From Eledone cirrhosa (Eukaryota), in assembly GCA_964016885.1 (NCBI GenBank), contig CAXHJY010001477.1, positions 124,001 to 188,000 of the forward strand: a stretch of 64,000 bases of DNA, given 5' to 3'. Below, in pieces: positions 14,571 to 27,329 of the stretch; within the stretch, counting starts at the first letter, position 1, and each line of letters opens with the position of its first letter. The translations under genes were made by a program, and so were the position numbers. The notes below the pieces were generated by a model that worked only from the letters and a program-made list of their open reading frames with translations, searched no databases and was not told the DNA's origin.

Positions 14571-14690
14571 ATGGTTGTGATTTCAATTCCTGGACCGGGC
14601 GATGTGTTATGTCCTTGAGCAAGACACTTTATTTCACGTTGCTCCTTCTACCTGGAGTTGCAACCAATAGATAGTATTAGCAACTGGAAA
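14571..14690 (+). mobile_element. tRNA-derived SINE fragment
   Basis: Degenerate B box (TTTCAATTCC) followed by the conserved SINE body motif TGTCCTTGAGCAAGACACTT. Confidence 0.6.
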
Positions 14691-14919
14691 GACCAGCGGA
14701 AACATTGTTTCCTCGGTCCGATTTGATGAGCCCCCCACACACTTGTTAAGTGGGTGAGGTCTGGCATCGACTGTTGATACACACAGTAGACACTGCCTTT
14801 ACTGACATCTAGTTAGGTGAAAGGAAGGAATGCCAGATAATAGATTCTGGGGGGGAGCATGGGTAACACAAAGGATTTGATTGACTGGAGTATATAAAAA
14901 TGTGTGTGTGGTGTATGTA

Positions 14920-15310
14920 TGTGTACATATATATATGTATGCACATGTATATATGCATGTACACATACACAAATACATGTACTCATACACATGTACACAT
15001 ACACATGTACACAAGAATACATGTGTACACATATACATGTACACATACACATGTACACATACACATGTACATGTACACATACACATGTACATGTACTCAT
15101 GTACACATACACATACACATGTACACATACACGTGTACATGTACACATGTACATATACTCATGTACACATGTATACATGTACACAGACACATACACATGT
15201 ACACATACTCATGTACATACACATGTACACATACACATACACATGTACACATATACATGTACACATACACAGATACACACACGTATACATGTACACATGT
15301 ACACATACAC
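14920..15310. repeat. Complex (CA/TA) microsatellite built from TACACATG/TACATGTA motifs
   Basis: Direct inspection; source of the spurious H/T/Y/V-rich ORFs. Confidence 0.9.
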
Positions 15311-15835
15311 AAAGGTTTATGTTGGTAAACTTGATCATGTTTTCATATCTAAGCATTTCATTTCATCCATTTTACAAACTTACTCGGCAATTGCATTTAT
15401 TTTAATATTTATATAATTACACCCCAACATATACACATCGTGTAAATTACACTGACCAATGGAGGTATTTTCTATATCCTGTATAACATAGTGTTGATAT
15501 AGTAATATCTCTTTATACAGAATCATAGGGGTAGTTATTCTATGATGAAGGGACAATAACATCAGAAATGTAGGCATATCTTATGTTTCACTGTGTGGAG
15601 GAATAGTTGAAAGTATTTACACTTTATTCTTTTCACAGCGAAGGCTTCTAATTAAAAAACAATAATAGTTATATCTACCTAAAGTTTACCTTAAAATCTT
15701 TATATATAAGCTGTGTTCTGGCACAGAGTTATCTGCCTGTTGAATGTCCACACAGCCACTATGTGTGTGTGTGTGTGTATATATATATACATATATACAC
15801 ATACATTTATATAGATAAATATATACACACACATA

Positions 15836-16039
15836 CTGCCGAGACACTGCATCCTTTAAGACACTCATGCTTCCCGAAATACGCCAAAACTACACCTGAT
15901 GTACCCCTTCCATACACATGCACACGTGTGTATCATGACTCATGCACTGTTCATTTTCCTGACGTTTGTGCATTGCCCCATGTACTGTACATGCACTTTT
16001 TGATGAGTTGTGGTGCACCTGGGCACTGTACACAATATT

Positions 16040-16081
<42 letters not shown>

Positions 16082-16185
16082 CATGACTCATACACTGTTC
16101 ATTTTCCTGACATTTGTACATTATTCTATGTACTATACATGCACCTTTGATGAGTTGTAGTGCACCTGAGCACTGTACACAATCA

Positions 16186-16218
<33 letters not shown>
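15836..16218 (+). mobile_element. CR1-type LINE 3' end, 5'-truncated, with duplicated terminus and two (ATT)n tails
   Basis: Reverse complement of ~18130-18352 and homologous to 29850-30066; tails at ~16042-16079 and ~16188-16218. Confidence 0.9.
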
Positions 16219-16219
<1 letters not shown>

Positions 16220-16437
16220 CATACTTAGATACATGCATACATACAGACACGCATATACAAAAATAAATTAATTTTTATGCTATTTACAAAATGAAGTTAA
16301 ATTTATAAAGTAAAAATGTGTAATACTTTAAATAATTATATAACAATAAAATAATTAAATAACAGCAGTAATTAATCAAATGAAAAGAAAAGAAGAAAAT
16401 AACAAAAACATAATATATATGTGAAAACTTAACTTAC

Positions 16438-16623
16438 CATAGTGTCAAGCTTTTCTTTTCGCTCTTGAAGGTTTAAGTGAGACAAGAGTTCCTTCCCTTT
16501 TTCTTTAGCATTTGTTACAATTTCTTCATCAAAGTTTGATACATTCATCATAACTTTAGCTTTACAGTTCGGAAGATTTCCTCCACAGTCGGAGTCGTCA
16601 GAATTGTCACTCTTGTCTTCGTG
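16438..16623 (-). CDS. PDZD8: PDZD8-like exon (phase 0-0, 186 nt): start of C-terminal coiled coil
   Basis: Acceptor ttatattccacag, donor gtaagt. Peptide HEDKSDNSDDSD...FDEEIVTNAKEKGKELLSHLNLQERKEKLDTM resembles human PDZD8 LDDSVFIAVKEIGRDLYRGLPTEERIQKLEFM (recalled from memory, not aligned). Confidence 0.85.
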
Positions 16624-16689
16624 CTGTGGAATATAACAAAACAATATATGGTATTAGTTACAGGGAATGATAATGTTTTAATCTATTTC

Positions 16690-16948
16690 ACACTTTTATT
16701 ACCAAACTGCCCGAAACTGACCTAGGTTTGATGATAGCTGTTTATTTTACCTAAAAAAAAAAACTTTCTTCCTTATTTTGATGTAAGAACCTCTGTTATG
16801 TTATGTTCCAAACATCAGTTTAATAACAATAAAATTAATTATATTACTATATTCTTCCAAAGTCTACAAATTCTTGATTGTTTTCTAGATGATTTCAAAA
16901 GCTGTGGAAATGTCTCTTTCATTAGAAATATGGTAATGGAATGGTTAA
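16690..16948 (-). mobile_element. Degenerate AT-rich non-autonomous element with a TTAACC.. terminus (piggyBac-like MITE family)
   Basis: Ends ...AGAAATATGGTAATGGAATGGTTAA; shares the TATGTTCCAAAC core with 25137-25590 and, in reverse, 42208-42380. Confidence 0.5.
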
Positions 16949-17514
16949 GGAATTTTAGTCTATTAAATATCTCAGTTAAAGATGGCAGAGAATTGGCAGA
17001 TTTGTTACAACATCAGATGAAATGTTTCGCAATATTTATTCTTGGATCTCTAAGATAATGTTCTGCTACTTTCACCTTGGCCTTTCTTCCTACCAAGATG
17101 GGGAGAAGGCAGAGTGTAAATAAAGTTTCTGTCCAGAACCATTAGACTGACAGGATTCTTAAACTTTCCAATGAGATGTATTGCAGTATCTGTTTCAGGC
17201 TTCTAAGTTCTGAAACAAATCCCACCCCCTGTCTCCAGAAAAGAAAACAGAAAAAGTGGTAACCCTTCTGACAAGCATTAAAACACACAGATAATATCAG
17301 CAATGGAATGACCAATGGAAACATTGTTACCTTGGTACTGACAGATAGTATCAGCAATGGAAGACGATTGCCTCAAACAATGTTTTAGATGGAAAGACCA
17401 GCATTATCTGTTGTAGAGTGTGCATATCTTCAGTTTTTTTCTCTGATTATTTTTTTATTAATTTGTTTCTTTTGTAAATCATTATAATCATTATAATCAT
17501 TATAATAATATAAT

Positions 17515-17585
17515 AATTGTTTCTACTTTTGGCACAAGGCCAGCAATTATCCCAGTGTATTACTGGTACTTTATTTTATCGACCC
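17515..17585 (-). mobile_element. 3' fragment of the SINE seen at 44044-44228
   Basis: Near-identical string TTGTTTCTACTTTTGGCACAAGGCCAGCAATTA...TACTGGTACTTTATTTTATCGACCC. Confidence 0.75.
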
Positions 17586-18125
17586 TGCAACTTATATGTG
17601 AGTATATACAGTAAAATGAAGAAGGAAATTAAAAGGAATGAAATGTTTAAATGATGCAGTAGAGTCTTTGAAAGAAAACTTTACAGTTTTCCTTGCTTCC
17701 CATTTTTTCTTTATCGTTTTTTTAATGTTTATTTTGCCTCCAGTTGCCTTTTAATTTATTTATTTATTCATTTATCTCTATATCTTTTTTTTTTGTAAGA
17801 AGTTCTAGATACTTCCATTAGTCTCTCGTGGCATACTAACACTATACGGACGTTGAAATTGATTAAATACATAAATATATAAAACAATAGTAAAATGAAA
17901 ATGATGAAAATAATGAAATTATATGAGAGATGTGATTTAAGAGAAAACATATATATTATATATATTGATATAAATGGTGAATAAAACAAAACCGACAGAT
18001 TTAAAATACAACAGTAATAACAACAACAATAACTGAAAAAGCACAGAGGGGATCAACAACATTGATTGGAAGCAGCAGACACATATATATATAGAGAGAG
18101 ATGTTGACAGCAACAATAAAATATA

Positions 18126-20157
18126 TAATAATAATAATAATAATGAAAATGTTGTGTACAGTGCGTACAGTGCTCAGGTGCACTACAAGGTGTATGTATA
18201 GTACATAGGGTAATGTACAAACGTCAGGAAAATGAACAGTGCATGAGTCATGATACACACATGTGTGCATGTGTATGGAAGGGGTACATCAGGTGTAGTT
18301 TTGGCGTATTTCGGGAAGCATGAGTGTCTTAAAGGATGCAGTGTCTCGGCAGCTAACAACTGACGCAGGCAGTTTGTTCCATGCTTAAGCAACTCTGAGC
18401 GTGAACAAATGTTTCCGAAAGTCATGGGAGCTGTGCTGTTTTCTGATTTTGTAGGTATGTCCACGTGTGTTAGACACATGGAGATCAAAATGGTGCTCAG
18501 GGTTGTAATTGGCGAGATGGTTAATAATTTTGTGGGTATTTACCAAGTCCATTGCCAGACGTCGGAGCTTCAATGAATCCATGCCCAGGGAAGCAAGGCG
18601 TTCAGAGTATGGTAGGTGTCCGATGGAGGGTATGCGCTTGGTTGCACGTCTCTGAACAGTTTCCAGGAGGTCAATGTTCTGAGCAAGATAGGGGTTCCAG
18701 ACTGATGATGCGAATTCCAAGTGTGGTCGTACCATAGCTGTATACAGTTTTAAATAGATGGCTGGAGAGCGGCTAACAAAGGTCTTGCTGAGTGATGCCA
18801 AGACACCCTCGGCCTTCTTGACAATCTTAGAGACATGCTTTGTCCAACGCAAATCGTTGCTGACAGTAATGCCCAGGTCACGTTCACAAGAGTATTTCTT
18901 GATATCAGTGTTGTGGAGGGAGTATGTGGACGCTGGATTTTTCCTCCCAAAATGTATGGTGGTGCACTTGTCCACAGCCAGCTTCAGTTGCCAGTCTGTG
19001 ATCCATTGCTGCATTGTGTCCAGGTCTGATTGTAGGAAAGAGTTGTAGATTTCAGGATCAGTCCTTTTGATTTCAAGGTACAGCTTGATGTCATCTGCAT
19101 ATTTCAGTACCGTGGCATTCTGTAAGTTGGCATCTATGTCATTAATATATGCCACAAACAAAAGGGGACCAAGAACAGATCCCTGTGGTACACCAGATGA
19201 CATCTCATATGGTGAAGAATGCTGTCCTAGAACCGTGACTACCTCTTTTTGGCTGAGAATGAAGGATTTCAACCAGTTAAAAAGATCATCCCTCACACCC
19301 ATTGCAGAGAGTTTTGCCATAAGTCTTTTGTGTGGCACAGAATTAAAAGCCTTAGCAAAGTCAAGGTAAACAACATCCACCCATGAGCCGCTGTCAGTGA
19401 TCCGGGTGATGTCTTCAAGGAACTCGATAAGCTGATCACAGCAGCTGGAGTTAGGGATAAATCCAAACTGTGAGGGACGGATGAGGCTGTGAGAGCTCCA
19501 GAAGTTCCAAAGTGTTTCTCTGACACAGGATTCGACAGTTTGGCCATACAGCTAGTAAGACTGACTGGACGATAGTTGACAGGTGACGTGTGGTCGCCCT
19601 TTTTGAACAGGGGAATGACACTGGCAGTTTTCCACTGCTCCGGAGTAGCACCATTGTTGAGACAGTATTGAAAGAAGAAAGAAAGCTGGTGCAAAAGGAA
19701 ATACCCGCCACGTTTGAGAAGCAGGTATGTCACACCATCAAGACCAGGGGAGGCATAGTTGTGCATATTTTTAAGGTGACGTCGCAACATTGCAGGTGTA
19801 AATTCCATAGTTATTATGGAATTTGATGTTAGAGATGGTGGAGATGGTACATTCTGGTTTTCAACAGTAAAAATGCTTGCATAGCACTCAGCAATGAGTT
19901 CTGCGCATTCTTTGGGATCGTCAGTGATCTGGTTTGTGTGGGGATTGTGAAGAGGACCAACTGGAGAGTGTGGTCACTGCTTTGAATGAACATATTTCCA
20001 GAACACCTTACTGTCAGGATTGGTTGCTATGCACTGTTCAAATTCAAGCACTGCCTTCTTTGTCACTTGCTTGAGATGGTTGGAAGATTTATTCCACTTT
20101 TTTCTGTTGGCATCTGATTTATGCAGTTTATATTCCCGTTCAGCGTTCCGACATTCT
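18126..20157 (-). mobile_element. CR1/L2-group LINE, 5'-truncated (RT domain + 3' UTR + (ATT)n tail)
   Basis: ORFs 19293-19808 and 18385-19380 with NYRPVSLTS, DVVYLDFAKAF, SGVPQGSVLGPLLF, YADD, RPHLEFASSVWNP; (TAA)n at 18126-18143; 5' junction next to a (GA)n tract. Confidence 0.93.
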
Positions 20158-20201
20158 TTATATATATACAGAGACAGAGAGAGATAGTGAGAGATAGTGA
20201 G

Positions 20202-20246
<45 letters not shown>

Positions 20247-20353
20247 CAAATACAATGAAAGCACATCAAATACAGAATGTTTCTTATATAAAATTATATT
20301 TTACTGAAATTCTATTTTACTGTTACTGAATTCTTAAATGTTCTTAATGGTAA

Positions 20354-20800
20354 TATGTGTGTGTGTGTGTGTGTCAGTGTAAAGTAGGTCTATGAAATAT
20401 GTGTGTGTGTGTGTGTGTGTCAGTGTAAAGTAGGTCTATGAAATATGTGTGTGTGTGTGTGTGTGTCAGTGTAAAGTAGGTCTATGAAATATGTGTGTGT
20501 GTGTGTGTGTGTGTCAGTGTAAAGTAGGTCTATGAAATATGTGTGTGTGTGTGTGTCAGTGTAAAGTAGGTCTATGAAATATGTGTGTGTGTGTGTGTGT
20601 CAGTGTAAAGTAGGTCTATGAAATATGTGTGTGTGTGTGTGTGTGTCAGTGTAAAGTAGGTCTATGAAATATGTGTGTGTGTGTGTGTGTGTCAGTGTAA
20701 AGTAGGTCTATGAAATATGTGTGTGTGTGTGTGTGTCAGTGTAAAGTAGGTCTATGAAATATGTGTGTGTGTGTGTGTCAGTATAAAGTAGGTCTATGAA

Positions 20801-20841
<41 letters not shown>

Positions 20842-21680
20842 AGTGTAAAGTAGGTCTATGAAATATGTGTGTGTGTGTGTGTGTGTGTCAGTGTAAAGTA
20901 GATCTATGAAATATGCGTGTGTGTGTCAGTGTAAAGTAGGTCTATGAAATATGTGTGTGTGTGTCAGTGTAAAGTAGGTCTATGAAATAGGTGTGTGTGT
21001 GTGTGTGTGTGTCAGTGTAAAGTAGGTTTATGAAATATGTGTGTGTGTGTCAGTGTAAAGTAGGTCTATGAAATATGTGTGTGTGTGTGTGTCAGTGTAA
21101 AGTAGGTCTATGAAATATGTGTGTGTGTGTGTGTCAGTGTAAAGTAGGTCTATGAAATATGTGTGTGTGTGTCAGTGTAAAGTAGGTCTATGAAATATGT
21201 GTGTGTGTGTCAGTGTAAAGTAGGTCTATGAAATATGTGTGTGTGTGTGTGTGTCAGTGTAAAGTAGGTCTATGAAATATGTGTGTGTGTGTGTGTGTCA
21301 GTGTAAAGTAGGTCTATGAAATATGTGTGTGTGTGTGTCAGTGTAAAGTAGGTCTATGAAATATGTGTGTGTGTGTGTGTGTGTCAGTGTAAAGTAGGTC
21401 TATGAAATATGTGTGTGTGTGTGTGTGTCAGTGTAAAGTAGGTCTATGAAATATGTGTGTGTGTGTGTGTGTCAGTGTAAAGTAGGTCTATGAAATATGT
21501 GTGTGTGTGTGTGTGTGTGTGTGTCAGTGTAAAGTAGGTCTATGAAATATGTGTGTGTGTGTGTGTGTGTGTCAGTGTAAAGTAGGTCTATGAAATATGT
21601 GTGTGTGTGTGTCAGTGTAAAGTAGGTCTATGAAATATGTGTGTGTGTGTGTGTGTGTCAGTGTAAAGTAGGTCTATGAA

Positions 21681-21725
<45 letters not shown>

Positions 21726-22404
21726 AGTGTAAAGTAGGTCTATGAAATATGTGTGTGTGTGTGTGTGTCAGTGTAAAGTAGGTCTATGAAATATGTGTGT
21801 GTGTGTGTGTGTCAGTGTAAAGTAGGTCTATGAAATATGTGTATGTGTGTGTGTGTCAGTGTAAAGTAGGTCTATGAAATATGTGTGTGTGTGTGTGTGT
21901 GTGTCAGTGTAAAGTAGGTCTATGAAATATGTGTGTGTGTGTCAGTGTAAAGTAGGTCTATGAAATATGTGTGTGTGTGTCAGTGTAAAGTAGGTCTATG
22001 AAATAGGTGTGTGTGTGTGTGTGTGTGTCAGTGTAAAGTAGGTTTATGAAATATGTGTGTGTGTGTCAGTGTAAAGTAGGTCTATGAAATATGTGTGTGT
22101 GTGTGTGTGTCAGTGTAAAGTAGGTCTATGAAATATGTGTGTGTGTGTGTGTGTGTCAGTGTAAAGTAGGTCTATGAAATATGTGTGTGTGTGTGTGTGT
22201 CAGTGTAAAGTAGGTCTATGAAATATGTGTGTGTGTGTGTGTGTGTCAGTGTAAAGTAGGTCTATGAAATATGTGTGTGTGTGTGTGTGTGTCAGTGTAA
22301 AGTAGGTCTATGAAATATGTGTGTGTGTGTGTCAGTGTAAAGTAGGTCTATGAAATATGTGTGTGTGTGTGTGTGTGTGTGTCAGTGTCAAGTAGGTCTA
22401 TGAA

Positions 22405-22457
<53 letters not shown>

Positions 22458-23241
22458 AGTGTAAAGTAGGTCTATGAAATATATGTGTGTGTGTGTGTGT
22501 GTCAGTGTAAAGTAGGTCTATGAAATATGTGTGTGTGTGTGTGTGTCAGTGTAAAGTAGGTCTATGAAATATGTGTGTGTGTGTGTGTGTCAGTGTAAAG
22601 TAGGTCTATGAAATATGTGTGTGTGTGTGTGTGTCAGTGTAAAGTAGGTCTATGAAATATGTGTGTGTGTGTGTGTGTCAGTGTAAAGTAGGTCTATGAA
22701 ATATGTGTGTGTGTGTGTGTGTGTCAGTGTAAAGTAGGTCTATGAAATATGTGTGTGTGTGTGTGTGTGTGTCAGTGTAAAGTAGGTCTATGAAATATGT
22801 GTGTGTGTGTGTGTGTGTGTGTGTCAGTGTAAAATAGGTCTATGAAATATGTGTGTGTGTGTGTGTGTGTGTCAGTGTAAAGTAGGTCTATGAAATATGT
22901 GTGTGTGTGTGTGTGTGTCAGTGTAAAGTAGGTCTATGAAATATGTGTGTGTGTGTGTGTGTGTGTCAGTGTAAAGTAGGTCTATGAAATATGTGTGTGT
23001 GTGTGTGTGTCAGTGTAAAGTAGGTCTATGAAATATGTGTGTGTGTGTGTCAGTGTAAAGTAGGTCTATGTGTGTGTGTGTGTCAGTGTAAAGTAGGTCT
23101 ATGTGTGTGTGTGTGTCAGTGTAAAGTAGGTCTATGTGTGTGTGTGTGTGTGTGTGTGTCAGTGTAAAGTAGGTCTATGTGTGTGTGTGTGTGTCAGTGT
23201 AAAGTAGGTCTATGTGTGTGTGTGTGTCAGTGTAAAGTAGG

Positions 23242-23274
<33 letters not shown>

Positions 23275-23592
23275 CAGTGTAAAGTAGGTCTATGTGTGTG
23301 TGTGTGTGTGTCAGTGTAAAGTAGGTCTATGTGTGTGTGTGTGTGTGTGTCAGTGTAAAGTAGGTCTATGTGTGTGTGTGTGTGTGTCAGTGTAAAGTAG
23401 GTCTATGTGTGTGTGTGTGTGTCAGTGTAAAGTAGGTCTATGTGTGTGTGTGTGTGTGTCAGTGTATAGTAGGTCTATGTGTGTGTGTGTGTGTGTGTGT
23501 CAGTGTAAAGTAGGTCTATGTGTGTGTGTGTGTGTGTCAGTGTAAAGTAGGTCTATGTGTGTGTGTGTGTGTGTGTGTCAGTGTAAAGTAGG

Positions 23593-23623
<31 letters not shown>

Positions 23624-23900
23624 CAGTGTAAAGTAGGTCTGTGTGTGTGTGTGTGTCAGTGTAAAGTAGGTCTATGTGTGTGTGTGTGTCAGTGTAAAGT
23701 AGGTCTATGTGTGTGTGTGTGTGTGTGTGTGTCAGTGTAAAGTAGGTCTATGTGTGTGTGTGTGTGTGTGTGTGTCAGTGTAAAGTAGGTCTATGTGTGT
23801 GTGTGTGTGTGTGTGTGTCAGTGTAAAGTAGGTCTATGTGTGTGTGTGTGTCAGTGTAAAGTAGGTCTATGTGTGTGTGTGTGTGTCAGTGTAAAGTAGG

Positions 23901-23933
<33 letters not shown>

Positions 23934-23947
23934 CAGTGTAAAGTAGG

Positions 23948-23978
<31 letters not shown>

Positions 23979-23992
23979 CAGTGTAAAGTAGG

Positions 23993-24023
<31 letters not shown>

Positions 24024-24690
24024 CAGTGTAAAGTAGGTCTATGTGTGTGTGTGTGTCAGTGTAAAGTAGGTCTATGTGTGTGTGTGTGTGTCAGTGTAAA
24101 GTAGGTCTATGTGTGTGTGTGTCAGTGTAAAGTAGGTCTATGTGTGTGTGTGTGTGTGTGTGTGTCAGTGTAAAGTAGGTCTATGTGTGTGTGTGTGTGT
24201 GTGTGTCAGTGTAAAGTAGGTCTATGTGTGTGTGTGTGTCAGTGTAAAGTAGGTCTATGTGTGTGTGTGTCAGTGTAAAGTAGGTCTATGAAATATGTGT
24301 GTGTGTGTGTGTGTGTGTGTCAGTGTAAAGTAGGTCTATGAAATATGTGTGTGTGTGTGTGTCAGTGTAAAGTAGGTCTATGAAATATGTGTGTGTGTGT
24401 GTGTGTCAGTGTAAAGTAGGTCTATGAAATATGTGTGTGTGTGTGTGTCAGTGTAAAGTAGGTCTATGAAATATGTGTGTGTGTGTGTCAGTGTAAAGTA
24501 GGTCTATGAAATATGTGTGTGTGTGTGTGTGTGTCAGTGTAAAGTAGGTCTATGAAATATGTGTGTGTGTGTGTGTGTGTCAGTGTAAAGTAGGTCCATG
24601 TGTGTGTGTGTGTGTCAGTGTAAAGTAGGTCTATGTGTGTGTGTGTGTGTGTCAGTGTAAAGTAGGTCTATGTGTGTGTGTGTGTGTGTG
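20354..24690. repeat. Compound satellite: variable (GT)n + constant CAGTGTAAAGTAGGTCTAT(GAAATAT)
   Basis: About 100 units; two spacer variants occur in separate blocks. Confidence 0.97.
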
Positions 24691-25136
24691 CGCTCACTAT
24701 ATCTACCTATCAATCTCCCTCCCCACCCACCCATCCACTTTATTTCAATGAATTATAACAGTGTTGTGTGTTGACCACTCAGTCACTGACCTAGTCAGTA
24801 TGAAGGTCAGTATGAACAGCCACTGTTTAACTCAAATCAAGGTCTAGAGAGGTGGGTAAGTGGAACTCCAGCAACACAAAAACGAGCTGTTAAAAGAGAA
24901 GATGAACTCCTGAAGGTCAATGACCATCCACCCCAACTATGGGCTAAATAGCTTCACCAACCAGCAACTAGCTAAGTATGATGAGTACAGCTACACCCCT
25001 GATAGAACCAAATAAGGAGGGTTCCTTCAACGGGAGTGAAAAGCCACGGGATTAAACTGGAACTCTCAGCACCCAGCAAAATAAGAACAATTTACAAAGT
25101 TACCTCCCCTGATTCTCATGAACCCAAATATATTAT

Positions 25137-25590
25137 TTAACTCTTTGACAACAAACTACGCGAAACTGCTCTTATATCATACAAAACTATTTATATTAAT
25201 CTAAAAACCTTCCATCCCGATTTTATCTAACATCCTTTGTTATGTTACGTTCCATACACCCCTGCTTCAATAATAGAAAACTGTTTACATTCATCTAAAA
25301 TCCTTCCCAGGTTATATAATACAAAACTGTTGTAGTGCACCTGAACACTTTACACAATAATTTCATTATTATTATTATCATCACCATTTTCCCCATAATT
25401 TTTGGTAACAACCAGGTTATATGATACAAAGCTGTTTATTCTAAACTGTTTATATTTATCTAAAAAACTTCCATCATAATTTTATATAAGAACCTTTGTT
25501 AAGTTATGCTCCAAACTCCAAATTTAAAATGAGAAAGTTATTAAATCTCTCCAAATTCTTGATTATTTTCAAAATTATTTAAAACATATC
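25137..25590 (-). mobile_element. Two degenerate copies of the AT-rich TTAA-ended MITE family, with a ~50-bp CR1 3' tail between them
   Basis: Similarity to 16690-16948; GTTGTAGTGCACCTGAACACTTTACACAATAATTTCATTATTATT at ~25329-25378 equals the CR1 terminus at 30019-30066. Confidence 0.55.
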
Positions 25591-26240
25591 TACAGAGTCT
25601 TTCATAGCAGTAATTTTTATTACTTCAAATTTCTTGACTCCCTGGGTATATTTAGCACAGACTTTACTATATGGTTTTCATGCAGAGCAAGCATGTCCCT
25701 GGGTATATTGCCAGAGCCTTTATTTCTACAATAAAAACACTTTCAATGTAGATAGAGGGTAAGAATTGAACTAGTGATCTATATGGCAACGTCTAATACC
25801 CTATCAATTCAGCCAGCTGTAGGCTATTGTTACCAAACACTGGTCAAATCCCCCCTCCCTCCACATTATGCTTTAACTCTGAATATTTTGTACCACATAA
25901 AGCCACATTATCAAGACATTCTTGAAAAGTACAATACAGTACTATGATTGCATCACATTAAAAATTAAAGCCTTTACCTTAATACTGAGAATGTTCACAG
26001 TGATCTGTCCGCTATTAAAGATGCAATAAACATTGGAAATAACAAACTTGTTTTTAGATATTTTCTGCTAAATTATTACAGGGTGTTATAAGTTAAGGTA
26101 ACTGATATTAGAAATATTTTTCATACTCATTAATTGCTGTTCTCAAAATTTTTCACTACATTTCCTAACAATTAAAAACCCACTAAACTCAACTATTGTC
26201 TACTACGTATTTTCTATTTTCTTAATTTCAGTGAAAATAC

Positions 26241-26482
26241 CTTAACAATAACTTCATGGGGTTGCAGTGTAGGGGAGGCATTCTGGGTGAGGAGCACCTG
26301 CAACGATGTTGAAGAACGTGTTCTTGGCAGACCAGCTGCTGTTGTATGAAGTTTGCTAGTATCAGCATCGACAGAAGACTGAGTTTCAGGAAGGGACTTT
26401 TTTCGTCTCATCTTTGGACTGAGGTTTGGTGGTGCCATCAGGCACTTATGTTCAGGAGGTGGACTTGTTCTGCTGTTTCTAC
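26241..26482 (-). CDS. PDZD8: PDZD8-like exon (phase 1-0, 242 nt): Ser/Pro-rich linker
   Basis: Acceptor attttgtag, donor gtattt; open frame (G)RNSRTSPPPEHK...QPHEVIVK; phases match both neighbouring exons. Confidence 0.8.
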
Positions 26483-26759
26483 CTACAAAATAAAATTTTA
26501 AAAAATGCATTTTACTTTGGGAAAAGAAAAACCAGAAAAAATTAAGATGGTCATTTCTCTGAAGAATTAACCCCATAATTACAGTATAATCAACAAGAAA
26601 AACAAACCTTTTTTTATTTCTGTATTCTACAAACTTAAAAATAATCTCTCCAGATCCTTAATCTCATTCTAAAAAAAAAAGTTAATCGTCAAATTGGACC
26701 AAGGAAACAATATTTCCATATGTTTTACCATTGCTGATACTCTCTGCCAGTGTCAACTC

Positions 26760-26935
26760 CTGGCAAGAGGTAGGATTTGATCTCAGAATACACAGAACCA
26801 GGTGAGATACCACAAAGTATCCTGTATGACTTATTAGCAATTCCACCAATCCATCACTTCTCGACTGGTACTCTATTTATTCACCCCCCAAAAAATGAAA
26901 GGTAACAGTGACCTTGGTGAGATTTCAACTTAAAA
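26760..26935 (-). mobile_element. Degenerate tRNA-SINE
   Basis: Weak similarity to 44044-44228 (GACTGGTACTCTATTT...AATGAAAGG...GACCTTGGTGAGATTTCAACT). Confidence 0.45.
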
Positions 26936-27329
26936 ACACATGGAATTCTTATTACACACCCAAAATAGTAGATATAATGTTTCTTTCTCGCAATCCAACC
27001 ACTTCTGTCAATTATGTAGTAAAAACATCAGGCTTTAATTCCAAAGTTAAAATAATATATGCCAATTTTCTGTAACTTCAATTAAGGAGACTTTTCTCCA
27101 TTGAGCCCAAATCATCAGCAGAACTATTGCACCCTTGCATTCTGGAATGGATTGGACCTCCACCAGTTTCAATGATTCTTCCAGTCGTTCGACCAATGGT
27201 AAAGCCTACTCATGAAATTATAGAGCATGTGGTTGAGTATTCCTTGGATACATGTGCTATTAATGTATATCTCAATGAGATTCAGTGTGACAAGGCTGAC
27301 CCTTTGATTTATAGGTATAGTCCATCTAC

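Noticed and set aside
14799-15416. His/Tyr/Cys-rich ORFs on both strands
   Set aside because: Microsatellite translation artefacts.
20354-24690. CRISPR-like constant repeat with variable intervening sequence
   Set aside because: The 'spacers' are only (GT)n of varying length; there are no cas genes and the context is a eukaryotic intron. The same applies to the 49-bp and (GA)n arrays.
24840-25130. Higher-complexity stretch that might be an extra exon or TE fragment
   Set aside because: No open frame with a convincing splice pair or recognisable motif was found, and the neighbouring exons already join in phase.
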